Counted from the first letter of the stretch, positions 36,136 to 45,583 are shown. The stretch is 64,000 nt of DNA from an uncultured Oscillospiraceae bacterium (GCA_964625595.1 CAZVDH010000001.1:9940-73939); one strand, 5' to 3'. Translations and numbers: made by a program. The notes: generated by a model not told the origin, from the letters alone.

Positions 36136-36962
36136 CCGTCCACCTCCTCTTTGCGGCGCTTTCCCTCCTCCAGCAGTCGGACCAGTGTTTCCTTATCCTC
36201 CCGGACAAGGGCTTCCCGGTACGCTTTCAGGCTGTCCAGATAAGTGTCCAGCTCAAAAAGGATGTTTTCTTTATTGTCAAGAAACAGCTCCGCCCACATT
36301 CCGGGGTTCAGCCAGGCGACCCGGGTCAGGTCCTTGTAGCTTCCCGCCGAAAAGCCCTTGTGGCGAATGGCCGTGGGGGATTTGATATAGGCATTGCTGA
36401 GAATATGGGGCATCTGGGAGGTAAAGGCGATCATCCTGTCGTGCTCCGCGGCAGTGGTCACGGAGAACATGCCGAACTCACAGGGGGCCAGTGCGTCCTT
36501 TACCCGCTGGAGAAGATCCATATCGTCAAACCGGGGAGGCACCAGCACCATGGGCGCGCCCCGGAACAGGGTAGCCCGGCTGTATTTAAAGCCGGAAAAG
36601 TGGGAACCCGCCATAGGGTGGCCGCCAACAAAGGTGAAGCCATACCGTTCCGCTACCGGGAAGCACCGGCGGCAGACCTCTTCTTTGACGCCGCAGCAGT
36701 CCAACACCAGCGCGGAGACGCAGATATGCTTTCCGTTTTCCTCCAGCCATCCGGCACTGCCGCCGGGATAGATGGCAAGCAGGATCAGTTCGCAATCGGG
36801 AATCGTCTTTTCATCCAGAATCCCATGAACCGCGCCGGAAAGCATAGCAAAGGAGAGCATTTCCTCGTCACTGTCGGCGGCATACACCGTATGTCCCGCC
36901 AGAGCGTAGGCTCTTGCCATAGAGCCGCCGATCAGTCCCAGGCCCAGAATTCCCACATTCAT
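36132..36962 (-). CDS. tyrA: Prephenate dehydrogenase
   Basis: GLGLIGGS, GGHPMAG, EHD..SQMPH, DLTRVA. Confidence 0.93.
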   Translation of the reverse strand: MNVGILGLGLIGGSMARAYALAGHTVYAADSDEEMLSFAMLSGAVHGILDEKTIPDCELILLAIYPGGSAGWLEENGKHICVSALVLDCCGVKEEVCRRCFPVAERYGFTFVGGHPMAGSHFSGFKYSRATLFRGAPMVLVPPRFDDMDLLQRVKDALAPCEFGMFSVTTAAEHDRMIAFTSQMPHILSNAYIKSPTAIRHKGFSAGSYKDLTRVAWLNPGMWAELFLDNKENILFELDTYLDSLKAYREALVREDKETLVRLLEEGKRRKEEVDG

Positions 36963-37960
36963 TGCAGGGCCTCCTGGATCTTTCGGACCCTGTGGCAGAG
37001 CTCGTCGAACTGGGGCGGGGTCAGGGACTGGGCGCCGTCGCAAAGGGCGCAGGAGGGATTATTGTGGACCTCCACCATAATGCCGTCGGCTCCTGCCGCA
37101 GCCGCAGCACAGGCCATGGGCGGCACAAGGCGTGCTTTACCCGTAGCGTGGCTGGGATCCACCACCACAGGAAGATGGCTCAGCTCGTGGAGCACCGACA
37201 CGGCTGAAAGGTCAAGAGTATTCCGGGTGGCGGTTTCAAAGGTTCGGATACCCCGCTCACAAAGGATGACATTCTCATTGCCCTCGCTCATGATATATTC
37301 CGCACTCATGAGAAGCTCCTGGAGGGTATTGGCAAGGCCGCGCTTTAAAAGAATGGGCTTGTTGGTTTTCCCCAGCTCTTTCAGCAGGTCAAAGTTCTGC
37401 ATATTCCGGGCACCCACCTGGATCACATCCACATCCGCGAAAAGATCCAGAGTGGAAATGTTCATGATCTCTGTGACAATGGGAAGACCCACCTCACGCT
37501 TGGCCTCCAGCAGGAGCTTGATGCCCGCGTCTTTCATACCCTGGAACGCGTAGGGAGAGGTGCGGGGCTTAAACGCGCCGCCGCGGAGAATATTGGCGCC
37601 GGACTCCTTTACCGCCCGGGCCACCTCGATGATCTGCTCCTCGGATTCCACGGAGCACGGACCGGCGATCATCGCAAAATAGCCGCCGCCAATGCGGGCA
37701 TTTCCCACCTGGATGATGGTATCCTTGGGATGAAATTTCCGGTTTGCCTGTTTGAAAGGCTCGGAAACCCGCTTTACGCTCTCCACGATCTCCAGGCTGC
37801 CCAGCAGTTCCATGTCCACCCGGCTGGTATCCCCGATCAGCCCCAGGACGGTGACCTCGGTGCCTTCCGAAATGTGAACATCCAGATTCTGATGCTTCAG
37901 CCATGCCACCAGATGGGCCGTCTGTTCGGGGGTGGTTCCGTGTTTCAAAATTGCGATCAT
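36959..37960 (-). CDS. aroF: DAHP synthase type I-beta with N-terminal regulatory domain
   Basis: IAGPCSVE, KPRTSPY, QVGARNMQN, KRG, DPSH, EVH..D. Confidence 0.96.
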   Translation of the reverse strand: MIAILKHGTTPEQTAHLVAWLKHQNLDVHISEGTEVTVLGLIGDTSRVDMELLGSLEIVESVKRVSEPFKQANRKFHPKDTIIQVGNARIGGGYFAMIAGPCSVESEEQIIEVARAVKESGANILRGGAFKPRTSPYAFQGMKDAGIKLLLEAKREVGLPIVTEIMNISTLDLFADVDVIQVGARNMQNFDLLKELGKTNKPILLKRGLANTLQELLMSAEYIMSEGNENVILCERGIRTFETATRNTLDLSAVSVLHELSHLPVVVDPSHATGKARLVPPMACAAAAAGADGIMVEVHNNPSCALCDGAQSLTPPQFDELCHRVRKIQEALQ

Positions 37961-37979
37961 CTTTTTTCAGCTCCTACAT

Positions 37980-38013
37980 AAAAATAAACGCCGCACGATG
38001 CGTTCGTGCGGCG
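37980..38013 (-). terminator. Attenuator terminator (3:4) upstream of the aro operon
   Basis: CGCCGCACGA/TCGTGCGGCG 10-bp stem followed by TTTATTTTT on the minus strand, about 20 nt before the aroF ATG. Confidence 0.85.
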
Positions 38014-38061
38014 CTCAAGTCGGTTCTTCAGCTTGCGAAAGCATTGCAGCACAAAGCGCTA

Positions 38062-38130
38062 TTACCTTTTTCCGGGAAAAAAGTAATAGTAGCTAAAGTA
38101 AAACTGTGCGCAAGTGCTGACGGTGACCAT
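38062..38130 (-). CDS. Phe/Tyr-rich attenuator leader peptide MVTVSTCAQFYFSYYYFFPGKR
   Basis: SD GGAGG 8 nt upstream; 8 of codons 10-18 are Phe/Tyr; lies between promoter and terminator. Confidence 0.88.
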   Translation of the reverse strand: MVTVSTCAQFYFSYYYFFPGKR

Positions 38131-38163
38131 ATTATGGGCCTCCATATGCAAGTTGTTAAAATG

Positions 38164-38192
38164 AGTATACCACCGGTCCGCAGAAAATGCAA
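38164..38192 (-). promoter_or_regulatory. sigA promoter of the aro leader and operon
   Basis: TTGCAT-N17-TATACT with extended TG. Confidence 0.8.
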
Positions 38193-38452
38193 GGCTTTTT
38201 TCAAAAAAAGAAGCCAGGAATTGGTGAACTTACGGCGGAATTTTCCGGAAAGGATCCTCTGCCCGCAACCGGGAAAAGCATATCGGTAAAAAGGAGCCGT
38301 TCGCCCGGTTCCGTTTGAGAATATGTGTATTGTTTATATTGCCCGGTTTATCCGGCCATTATTTAGACAATATTTCCTGTTGAAAATCCTGTCATTTCGA
38401 TATAAAATTATCTATACAGAAATACTTAAATAACACTTTGGAGGTAATTTAC

Positions 38453-39598
38453 ATGGCTGTCAATCGTTTTGTCCTGAACGCAATTTCCTACCACGGCAAG
38501 GGCGCAATCAAGGAGATCCCCGGAATTGTCGCCCAGAAAGGCTTCAAGAAAGCTTTCATCGCTTCCGACCCGGATCTTGTGAAGTTCGGTGTCACCAAGA
38601 AGGTCACGGATCTTCTGGACGAGGCCGGGATGGCTTACGAGGTCTACTCCAACATCAAGCCCAACCCCACCATCCAGAATGTCCAGTGCGGCGTGGAAGC
38701 CTATAAAGCATCCGGTGCCGACTACATGATCACCATCGGCGGCGGTTCCTCCATGGATACCGGCAAGGCTATCGGCATCATCATCAATAACCCCGAATTT
38801 GCTGATGTCCGGTCCCTGGAGGGCGTTGCCCCCACCAAGAATCCCACCGTATTCACCATCGCCGTGCCCACCACCGCCGGCACCGCCGCCGAAGCCACTA
38901 TCAACTATGTCATCACCGATGTGGAGCGCAAGCGGAAGTTTGTCTGCGTGGATACCAACGACATCCCCAACATCGCCATTGTTGACCCCGACATGATGTC
39001 CACCATGCCCAAGGGTCTGACCGCTTCCACCGGTATGGACGCCCTGACCCACGCCATCGAGGGCTACACTACCAAGGCCGCCTGGGCTTTGGCTGACTGC
39101 CTTGATCTGGAAGCCATCCGTCTCATCGCCGCCAACCTGCGCAAGGCTGTTAACAACGATCCTGAGGGCCGTGAGGGCATGGCTCTTGGTCAGTTCGTCA
39201 CCGGCATGGCATTCTCCAATGTAGGCCTGGGCATTGCCCACTCCATGGCCCATACCCTGGGCGCTGTGTATGATACGCCCCACGGTGTTGCCTGCGCCAT
39301 GATGCTGCCCATCGTTATGGAATTCAACCAGGAAGCCACCGGTGAGAAGTTCAAGGCCATCGCAGAGGCTATGGGTGTGGACACCACCGGTATGGACCAG
39401 CCCACCTACCGCCAGGCCGCCATTGATGCCGTCCGTCAGCTTTCTGTGGATGTGGGCATCCCCACCAAGCTGGAGAAGCTCCGGGAAGAGGATCTGGATT
39501 TCCTTGCCCAGTCCGCTGCCGCCGATGCCTGCACTCCCGGCAACCCCAGAGAAGCCACCAATGCGGATTACAAGAACATGTTCCGCCGTCTGATGTAA
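38453..39598 (+). CDS. fucO: Iron-containing alcohol dehydrogenase, lactaldehyde reductase-like
   Basis: GGGSSMD, PTTAGT, DALTHAIEG, HSMAH, PHG; strongly biased codons suggest high expression. Confidence 0.85.
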   Translation: MAVNRFVLNAISYHGKGAIKEIPGIVAQKGFKKAFIASDPDLVKFGVTKKVTDLLDEAGMAYEVYSNIKPNPTIQNVQCGVEAYKASGADYMITIGGGSSMDTGKAIGIIINNPEFADVRSLEGVAPTKNPTVFTIAVPTTAGTAAEATINYVITDVERKRKFVCVDTNDIPNIAIVDPDMMSTMPKGLTASTGMDALTHAIEGYTTKAAWALADCLDLEAIRLIAANLRKAVNNDPEGREGMALGQFVTGMAFSNVGLGIAHSMAHTLGAVYDTPHGVACAMMLPIVMEFNQEATGEKFKAIAEAMGVDTTGMDQPTYRQAAIDAVRQLSVDVGIPTKLEKLREEDLDFLAQSAAADACTPGNPREATNADYKNMFRRLM

Positions 39599-39616
39599 TC
39601 AGAATTCCATATTTCA

Positions 39617-39650
39617 AAAGGGGCTCCCTGCAAAAAGGGAGTTCCTTTTT
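39617..39650 (+). terminator. Intrinsic terminator
   Basis: AAAGGGGCTCCCT/AGGGAGTTCCTTTT. Confidence 0.8.
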
Positions 39651-39716
39651 GTAAGCCCGCGCATAATAACGATACGGGAAAAGTCTTCCCCGGACGGATT
39701 CCTTAGGTGCTGAGGA

Positions 39717-39745
39717 TTGACTTTTCTCCAGAAAAAGAATATGAT
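39717..39745 (+). promoter_or_regulatory. sigA promoter producing a long structured leader
   Basis: TTGACT-N17-TATGAT. Confidence 0.65.
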
Positions 39746-39919
39746 AATTGCGTATTCCGATCGCATGTAAAGGATGCCTCCTTTACTCTGCCGACTACGG
39801 CAGTATGATCTTCCGCGCGCTCATTCTGATCGTCTCCCTTGCCCTTACGGCCATCAACGGCGGGCGGTTCTTTAACCCGTTCCGATAACCAAACCGATAT
39901 AAACGAAGAGGAAAACACC

Positions 39920-40570
39920 ATGTTTGCAAAAGCTGTTTTATTTGATCTTGACGGTACGCTGACAGATTCCGGCGAGGGTATTATCAACTGCGCCGTCTAT
40001 GCCATGGAACGTTTGGGTATTCCTGTCCCTCCCAGGGAAGAACTGGGCGTCTTTGTCGGCCCGCCCCTGTGGGACACTTTCCGCCAATTCGGCGTCCCGG
40101 CTGACCGGGTGGACGAGGCAGTGGAGATCTTCCGCAGCCGCTACGTTCCCATCGGGAAGTTTGAAAACACGCCCTATCCCGGCATCCGGGAGACTCTGGA
40201 AGCGCTGCGCGCCCAGGGCAGAAAGCTCTATGTTGCCACCTCCAAGCCGGAGGTCACCGCCCGGGAGATTCTGGAACACTTTGATCTTTCCCGGTATTTT
40301 ACGGAAATCTGCGGCGCTACCGTAGATAAGACCCGATCCTCCAAAGAAGATGTGATTGCCTATCTTCTCAGCCTGGATGCCTGCCGGGAGAACAGCGTCA
40401 TGGTCGGCGATACCGCTTTTGATGTGATCGGCGCCGCCGCCCACGGGATTCCTACCATCGGCGCTGCCTGGGGCTACGGAAAAACAGAGGACATGGTTTC
40501 CGCAGGCGCCGCCGCCATTGCCCAAACTCCGGAAGACCTGCTTCGAATTATTGAAGAAGAAGCTTTTTAA
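39920..40570 (+). CDS. HAD-superfamily phosphatase (Gph/5'-nucleotidase-like)
   Basis: FDLDGT, ATSK, MVGD..D, WGYG. Confidence 0.9.
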   Translation: MFAKAVLFDLDGTLTDSGEGIINCAVYAMERLGIPVPPREELGVFVGPPLWDTFRQFGVPADRVDEAVEIFRSRYVPIGKFENTPYPGIRETLEALRAQGRKLYVATSKPEVTAREILEHFDLSRYFTEICGATVDKTRSSKEDVIAYLLSLDACRENSVMVGDTAFDVIGAAAHGIPTIGAAWGYGKTEDMVSAGAAAIAQTPEDLLRIIEEEAF

Positions 40571-40590
40571 CAGCGCTTTATCTCAAATAT

Positions 40591-40628
40591 AGCGGGGGAA
40601 ATTACGATAATCCGTAGTTTCCCCCGCT
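40591..40628. terminator. Bidirectional terminator
   Basis: AGCGGGGGAAATTACG/CGTAGTTTCCCCCGCT. Confidence 0.75.
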
Positions 40629-40665
40629 AAAACTATGTTTTTAATCAAATGATACGGTCCGTTTC

Positions 40666-41151
40666 TTATGACAGATTGATCCGCAGATACTGCTTTGCCT
40701 GCTCCATATTCATTTCCAGAACCGCGGATACTTCCCCTGCCAGGAGCTTCTCTGCGTCTTTCAGAAACAGGTCGTCACAGACATGGCATTTCTTTCCCTC
40801 CGCAGCCCGGGAAGCCTTGTACCGGTATAAGGTGCACATGGTTCCCATCAGGCGCTGCCGGTCCCCGCCGGCAATCAGCTCCCGATAAAGCTGTTTACGT
40901 TGGTTCTCGTCGGAAACCCAGGACGCGCTGTGGCTCCGGGCAAAGGACACAAGATTCTCCATCTCATCCCGGGTAAGCATGGGATGGAGCTTATTCATAG
41001 CCGCAGGATTCGTCACCGGAACAAAGTACCGAGAATTTTCCTGCCCCTCCGGCTCCAATACAAGATACTGTTTTCCTTTCTCTTCTTTCTGATCCGTCAC
41101 ACGGCAGACCCCGCAGGCACCGTATACTACCCTTTGCCCAATCTGGTACAT
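40666..41151 (-). CDS. CarD-family transcriptional regulator
   Basis: YQIGQRVVYG..GVCRV N-terminal RID and a helical C-terminal domain. Confidence 0.85.
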   Translation of the reverse strand: MYQIGQRVVYGACGVCRVTDQKEEKGKQYLVLEPEGQENSRYFVPVTNPAAMNKLHPMLTRDEMENLVSFARSHSASWVSDENQRKQLYRELIAGGDRQRLMGTMCTLYRYKASRAAEGKKCHVCDDLFLKDAEKLLAGEVSAVLEMNMEQAKQYLRINLS

Positions 41152-41313
41152 TCTTAATTCCCTCCACCGAAAATGAAGCTGTTTCCCCTATTAACAGGAA
41201 TATTATAGCATATTCGGAGGGATTTTTCATGTGGAGAAAATGCTGAATTTTTTCAGGCGCTTCTTGTGCAATCCTGCGCATAAAAGAGCACCGGACTCTC
41301 TCCGGGAAAAGTA

Positions 41314-43137
41314 TCAGAAAAGGATCTCCACCTGATAATGCCGCAGCCAAAAATCAAGCTGGAGAAAATAGGCTATGGTCTGCGGACGGCGCATAAGCTG
41401 ACCGTACCAGGGCCAGGGGCTATCCATGGTCATGAGGCTCTGCAGTCCCTCCCGGCGGACAAGGGCATAAATTGGAGCGCTTTTATCCGCTAGCAGACCG
41501 CGCAGGCGCTCCGCCATAATCTGTTCGTAGGCAGGATCAAAGGTCTTGGGGTAGGGACTTTTTTTCCGCAGGCGGACGGGCTCCGGCAGCAAACCTGCCG
41601 CAGCCTGACGCAGGAGGCCCTTTTCCCTACCCTGCCAGTCCTTATATGCCCAGGGGACGGTATACAGGTATTCCGCGATGCGGTAGTCGCAGAACGGCAC
41701 CCGGACCTCCAGGCCGGAGTACATGCTCATTCGGTCCTTTCTGTCCAGCAGCGTCTGCATGAACCAGCGGAAGTTGAGATTCACCATCTCTTTCATCCGC
41801 CGCTCCAACGGAGAGGTTCCGGGTAGTATATCGCTTTGCGTGACCGTTTCCCGGTAGGCATCCATGACAAAATCCCCGGGATCCAATCCCCGCACTGCCT
41901 CTGGAGCCATCATTTCCGCCCGGTCCCGGGTATTCTGTGCCCAGGGGAATCCGGCAAGGGACCGCACCTCCGGATCCCGATACCAGGGATACCCTCCGAA
42001 TATCTCGTCGGCACATTCTCCGGACAGGGCAACCTTGACATCCTCCCGGATTCTGCGGCAGAAAACCAGCAGCGAAAAATCTACATCCGCCATCCCCGGC
42101 AGATCCCGGGCAATGGTGCTGTCCTCCAGCGCGCCGGCCAGATCCTCCGGTGTCAGCTCTGTCCGGCTGTGCTCCGTATCCAGAGCCTCGCACATGATAT
42201 GAATATATTCCCCGTCAGAATTGGGCTGGAACTTCCCGGGCCGGAAATAACGGTCATTATCCCGATAGTCAACACTGTAAGTTTTCAGCCGCTCGCCCCG
42301 GGCAGCCATCTGCCCGGCACACAGGGCGGTAATAATGCTGGAATCCAGCCCGCCGGACAAAAAGGTGCCAATGGGTACATCCGAAACCATCTGACGCCGA
42401 ATCGCATCGGTAACCAGAAAACGGGTATGCTCCACCGTTTCATCAAAGGTTTCCCGGTGTTCCCGGTCTTTCAGCGACCAGTAGCGCTCCGCGCGAAATT
42501 CGCCCTTTTCCCAATATCCCAGGCAGCCGGGTTCCAACTCCCGAATGCCATGAAACACACCGCTGCCCGGCAGACGCCCCGGTCCAAGGAGAATCAGCTG
42601 GGCAGCCCCCTCCCTGTCAAGCTGTGCTTTGAACCCGGGGAAAGCAAGGATGGTTTTGATTTCCGAAGCAAACAGCAGCCCGCCTCCGAGCTCTGCATAG
42701 AAGAGGGGCTTTACGCCAATCCGATCCCTTGCAAGAAACAGCCTGCCGCTTCCCTGCTCCCAGACCCCAAAGGCAAATATGCCGTTGCATTTTTCCACGC
42801 AGTCGGCTCCCCACTGGGCATAGGCATGCAGCACCACCTCCGTATCGGAATGACCCAGAAAACGGTGGCCAAGCTTTTGGAGCATAGTGCGGATTTCCGC
42901 TGTATTATACAGCTCTCCGTTGTATACCAAAGTATAGGTCTCCCCATTGTGCGTCAGGCGCATGGGCTGCTTTCCACCTGCCGGATCAATAATTGCCAAA
43001 CGGGTATGCAGGAGGGTGCAGCCGGGTGAAGCGCTTACGCCCCGGTCATCCGGGCCACGGCGTGCCATGGTCTTCAGCATCCTGTCCAGGGTTTTCTCCT
43101 CCGCGTCCAGCCCAACCAGACCGGCAATCGCGCACAT
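41314..43137 (-). CDS. asnB: Asparagine synthetase (glutamine-hydrolysing), AsnO-like
   Basis: Ntn Cys2 (MCAIAG), RGPD, NGELYN, LSGGLDSS, SGECADE; sigE/sigK-like -10 CATAGAAT at 43172-43165. Confidence 0.95.
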   Translation of the reverse strand: MCAIAGLVGLDAEEKTLDRMLKTMARRGPDDRGVSASPGCTLLHTRLAIIDPAGGKQPMRLTHNGETYTLVYNGELYNTAEIRTMLQKLGHRFLGHSDTEVVLHAYAQWGADCVEKCNGIFAFGVWEQGSGRLFLARDRIGVKPLFYAELGGGLLFASEIKTILAFPGFKAQLDREGAAQLILLGPGRLPGSGVFHGIRELEPGCLGYWEKGEFRAERYWSLKDREHRETFDETVEHTRFLVTDAIRRQMVSDVPIGTFLSGGLDSSIITALCAGQMAARGERLKTYSVDYRDNDRYFRPGKFQPNSDGEYIHIMCEALDTEHSRTELTPEDLAGALEDSTIARDLPGMADVDFSLLVFCRRIREDVKVALSGECADEIFGGYPWYRDPEVRSLAGFPWAQNTRDRAEMMAPEAVRGLDPGDFVMDAYRETVTQSDILPGTSPLERRMKEMVNLNFRWFMQTLLDRKDRMSMYSGLEVRVPFCDYRIAEYLYTVPWAYKDWQGREKGLLRQAAAGLLPEPVRLRKKSPYPKTFDPAYEQIMAERLRGLLADKSAPIYALVRREGLQSLMTMDSPWPWYGQLMRRPQTIAYFLQLDFWLRHYQVEILF

Positions 43138-43194
43138 ATCCCATCACATCCTTTCCATCCCCGTATTCTATGCAGGAAACAGCAAAAAAGTTCT

Positions 43195-43232
43195 CCGGGT
43201 GGAAGAACACAGGTTTTTGTTCTTCCACCCGG
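43195..43232 (-). terminator. Terminator after putP
   Basis: CCGGGTGGAAGAACA/TGTTCTTCCACCCGG. Confidence 0.75.
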
Positions 43233-43238
43233 TGGTTT

Positions 43239-44774
43239 TTATCTATGAATGCATTCCGAAACTTCTTCATATTCCTGCTTCTCCGCCTCAGAGGGTTCCC
43301 CGGTCAGCAGGCTTACCACTACGTTTACGATCAGCGCGGTCAAGAAGGCGGGAAGAAGCTCATACACATCCCACACGCCCCCCAAAGGACGCACAGCGTA
43401 TTTCCACAGGAACACCATTCCGCCGCCGGCCAGCATACCGGCAAGGGAACCCCATTTGTTTCCCCGTTTCCAGAATAGTGCCAGCAGAATCCCGGGACCG
43501 AAAGCGGCTCCGAAGCCAGCCCAGGCAAAGGAAACGATCGTAAAGACAGAGCCTTCTTCCCGGGCCCAGAAGACCGCGATAAGCGCAATCACTGCAACCA
43601 CGCAGCGGGCGGAAATCATCGATGCTTTGGAAGACAGCTGGAGCTTAAACGCAGAGCCCATAATATCCTGGGTCACGCTGGAAGATGCCGCCAGAAGCTG
43701 GGAATCGGCGGTAGACATGGTAGCCGCCAGAATTCCCGCAAATATCAGCCCAGCGATGATTGCCGGCAGACTGCCGTAGGAGGCGATTTTTTCGGCGATT
43801 TTTATGATTATCCGCTGACTGTCCCCGGGCGCAATGGGCGCCAGCGCACCGGAACCGATCATGGCGCTGCCGATAATACCGATCAGCACTGCCATACCCA
43901 TGGAAACAACAACCCAAACGGACGCGACCCGCCGGGAAATGGTCAGCTTTTTCGGGCTCTCAATCGCCATGAACCGCAGCAAAATATGGGGCATTCCGAA
44001 ATAGCCCAATCCCCAGGCAAGGGTGGAAATAATAGTTACAACGGAGTAGGTTCCCGCAGTTCCGGTGGAAACGTCATAGCCCTGGGTAAGGCTCAGGTAG
44101 CCGGGAATACTTTGGGCATTCTCCACCACCGCATTCCAGCCTCCCGCGGTATAGATACCAAAAACCACAACGATAATAAGCGCCAGTGTCATAATCACCG
44201 ACTGCACCAGATCCGTAATGGATGCCGCCAGGAAGCCGCCCAGGATCGTATAAGCCACAATCACGCCGGCAGAGATAATCATCGCCGTAAAATAGTCCAC
44301 GCCAAACAAGCTGGAGAACAATGTGCCGCAGGCATTGAAGCCGGAAGCAGTATACGGAATAAAGAATACAATGATGATGATTGCGGAAGCAAGGGACAAA
44401 AGATGCTTATCGTCGTGGTAGCGCTTGGAAAAGAAATCAGGAACCGTAACCGCACCCAGGCGATGGCTGTAACCCCGAATCCGTTTTGCCACCAACCGCC
44501 AGTTCAGATATGTTCCTACCGCAAGCCCGATTGCCGTCCACACCGCTTCCGGCAGGCCGCTGATCAGCGCCACTCCGGGCAGGCCCATCAGCAACCACGA
44601 GCTCATGTCCGACGCCTCGGCACTCATGGCAGTAACCAGAGGGCCAAGCCTTCTACCGCCCAGATAGAAATCTTCGGTGGAACGGTTTTTCCGGGTGTAC
44701 ACCGCACCCAGGATAATCATTCCGCTAAGATAGACAAGAATGGATGCCATTACAAATAAATTATTGGTCTGCAT
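43239..44774 (-). CDS. putP: Sodium/proline symporter
   Basis: SAEASDMSSWLLMGLPG, WGLGYFGMPHIL.RFM, AATMSTADSQLL. Confidence 0.92.
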   Translation of the reverse strand: MQTNNLFVMASILVYLSGMIILGAVYTRKNRSTEDFYLGGRRLGPLVTAMSAEASDMSSWLLMGLPGVALISGLPEAVWTAIGLAVGTYLNWRLVAKRIRGYSHRLGAVTVPDFFSKRYHDDKHLLSLASAIIIIVFFIPYTASGFNACGTLFSSLFGVDYFTAMIISAGVIVAYTILGGFLAASITDLVQSVIMTLALIIVVVFGIYTAGGWNAVVENAQSIPGYLSLTQGYDVSTGTAGTYSVVTIISTLAWGLGYFGMPHILLRFMAIESPKKLTISRRVASVWVVVSMGMAVLIGIIGSAMIGSGALAPIAPGDSQRIIIKIAEKIASYGSLPAIIAGLIFAGILAATMSTADSQLLAASSSVTQDIMGSAFKLQLSSKASMISARCVVAVIALIAVFWAREEGSVFTIVSFAWAGFGAAFGPGILLALFWKRGNKWGSLAGMLAGGGMVFLWKYAVRPLGGVWDVYELLPAFLTALIVNVVVSLLTGEPSEAEKQEYEEVSECIHR

Positions 44775-44804
44775 AGTTCTTACCCCTTTTCTTTGGATGT
44801 TGGT

Positions 44805-44854
44805 ATTATAGCGTATCCAAAAATAGACTGCAACGCAGAATTAATTCTATACTT
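44805..44854 (-). promoter_or_regulatory. sigA promoter of putP with operator-like sites
   Basis: TTGCAG-N17-TATAAT; AGTCTAT overlaps the -35; AGAATTAATTCTATACTT lies just upstream. Confidence 0.7.
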
Positions 44855-44960
44855 TTACTCAAAAATTAAGCTGCCGTTTTTCAAATAGCAGAAAAAACGG
44901 CAGCTTTAATTTATATATTATTGAATAATAGATAATAAAGTTGATTTTTATCCAGTTTCA

Positions 44961-44984
44961 AAGTATAGACTAAAGTCTATACTT
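44961..44984. promoter_or_regulatory. Perfect palindrome, candidate TetR operator
   Basis: AAGTATAGAC-TAAA-GTCTATACTT. Confidence 0.55.
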
Positions 44985-44986
44985 AT

Positions 44987-45583
44987 TTATGTATTATTTT
45001 CGAACGGAAGAAAATATTTCAAAAAAAGAGGGAGCTGATAGCCGGCATACTGGGTCAAACTGTAATTTCCGCCGCAGATGCACCAGTCATACATCAGTGC
45101 TCGCTCCTGAAGGGCATAAGCCCTGACCAGTTCATTTACCGGAATATCCCGGCGGAGCTCCCCTTTTCGCTGTCCGTCGGCACAGATTTTCCGCAGAAGC
45201 CGGAAATAAATCCGGCTCTGATCCATCAGGTGCTTCTCGCTGGCGGTGACAAGCTGAGTGGACAGAAGCCTTGCCAGCAGTTCCAGGGAGACGGTATTCT
45301 CTATCAGGAAAAACAGTTCCCGGTTGAGGAAAATCAGAGCAGAAAAGCTGTCCATATCCTGTATTTCCGGGGATAGCTCCTCGTATTTTTCATCAAAAAG
45401 CGTGGACAGGGAGCTGAGAAGGGCATCCTTTCCCGCAAAATAATGGTAGAACGAGCCCTTGGAGGTGCCGGAACGCTCCACAATATCATCCACCGTGGTA
45501 TCGTCATATCCTTTTTCATAAAAAAGCTCCCAGCTTGCCGTGACGATCCGGCTTCGGGTGTTTCTGGAATTGTGCCGGGCCAT
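44987..45583 (-). CDS. TetR/AcrR-family regulator
   Basis: LFYEKGYDDTTVDDIV..SKGSFYHYF.GKD helix-turn-helix. Confidence 0.93.
   Translation of the reverse strand: MARHNSRNTRSRIVTASWELFYEKGYDDTTVDDIVERSGTSKGSFYHYFAGKDALLSSLSTLFDEKYEELSPEIQDMDSFSALIFLNRELFFLIENTVSLELLARLLSTQLVTASEKHLMDQSRIYFRLLRKICADGQRKGELRRDIPVNELVRAYALQERALMYDWCICGGNYSLTQYAGYQLPLFLKYFLPFENNT

Noticed and set aside
37961-38160. aro leader as a T-box
   Set aside because: No GGTGGNACCGCG T-box motif or stem I AG/GNTG boxes; the leader-peptide model fits better.
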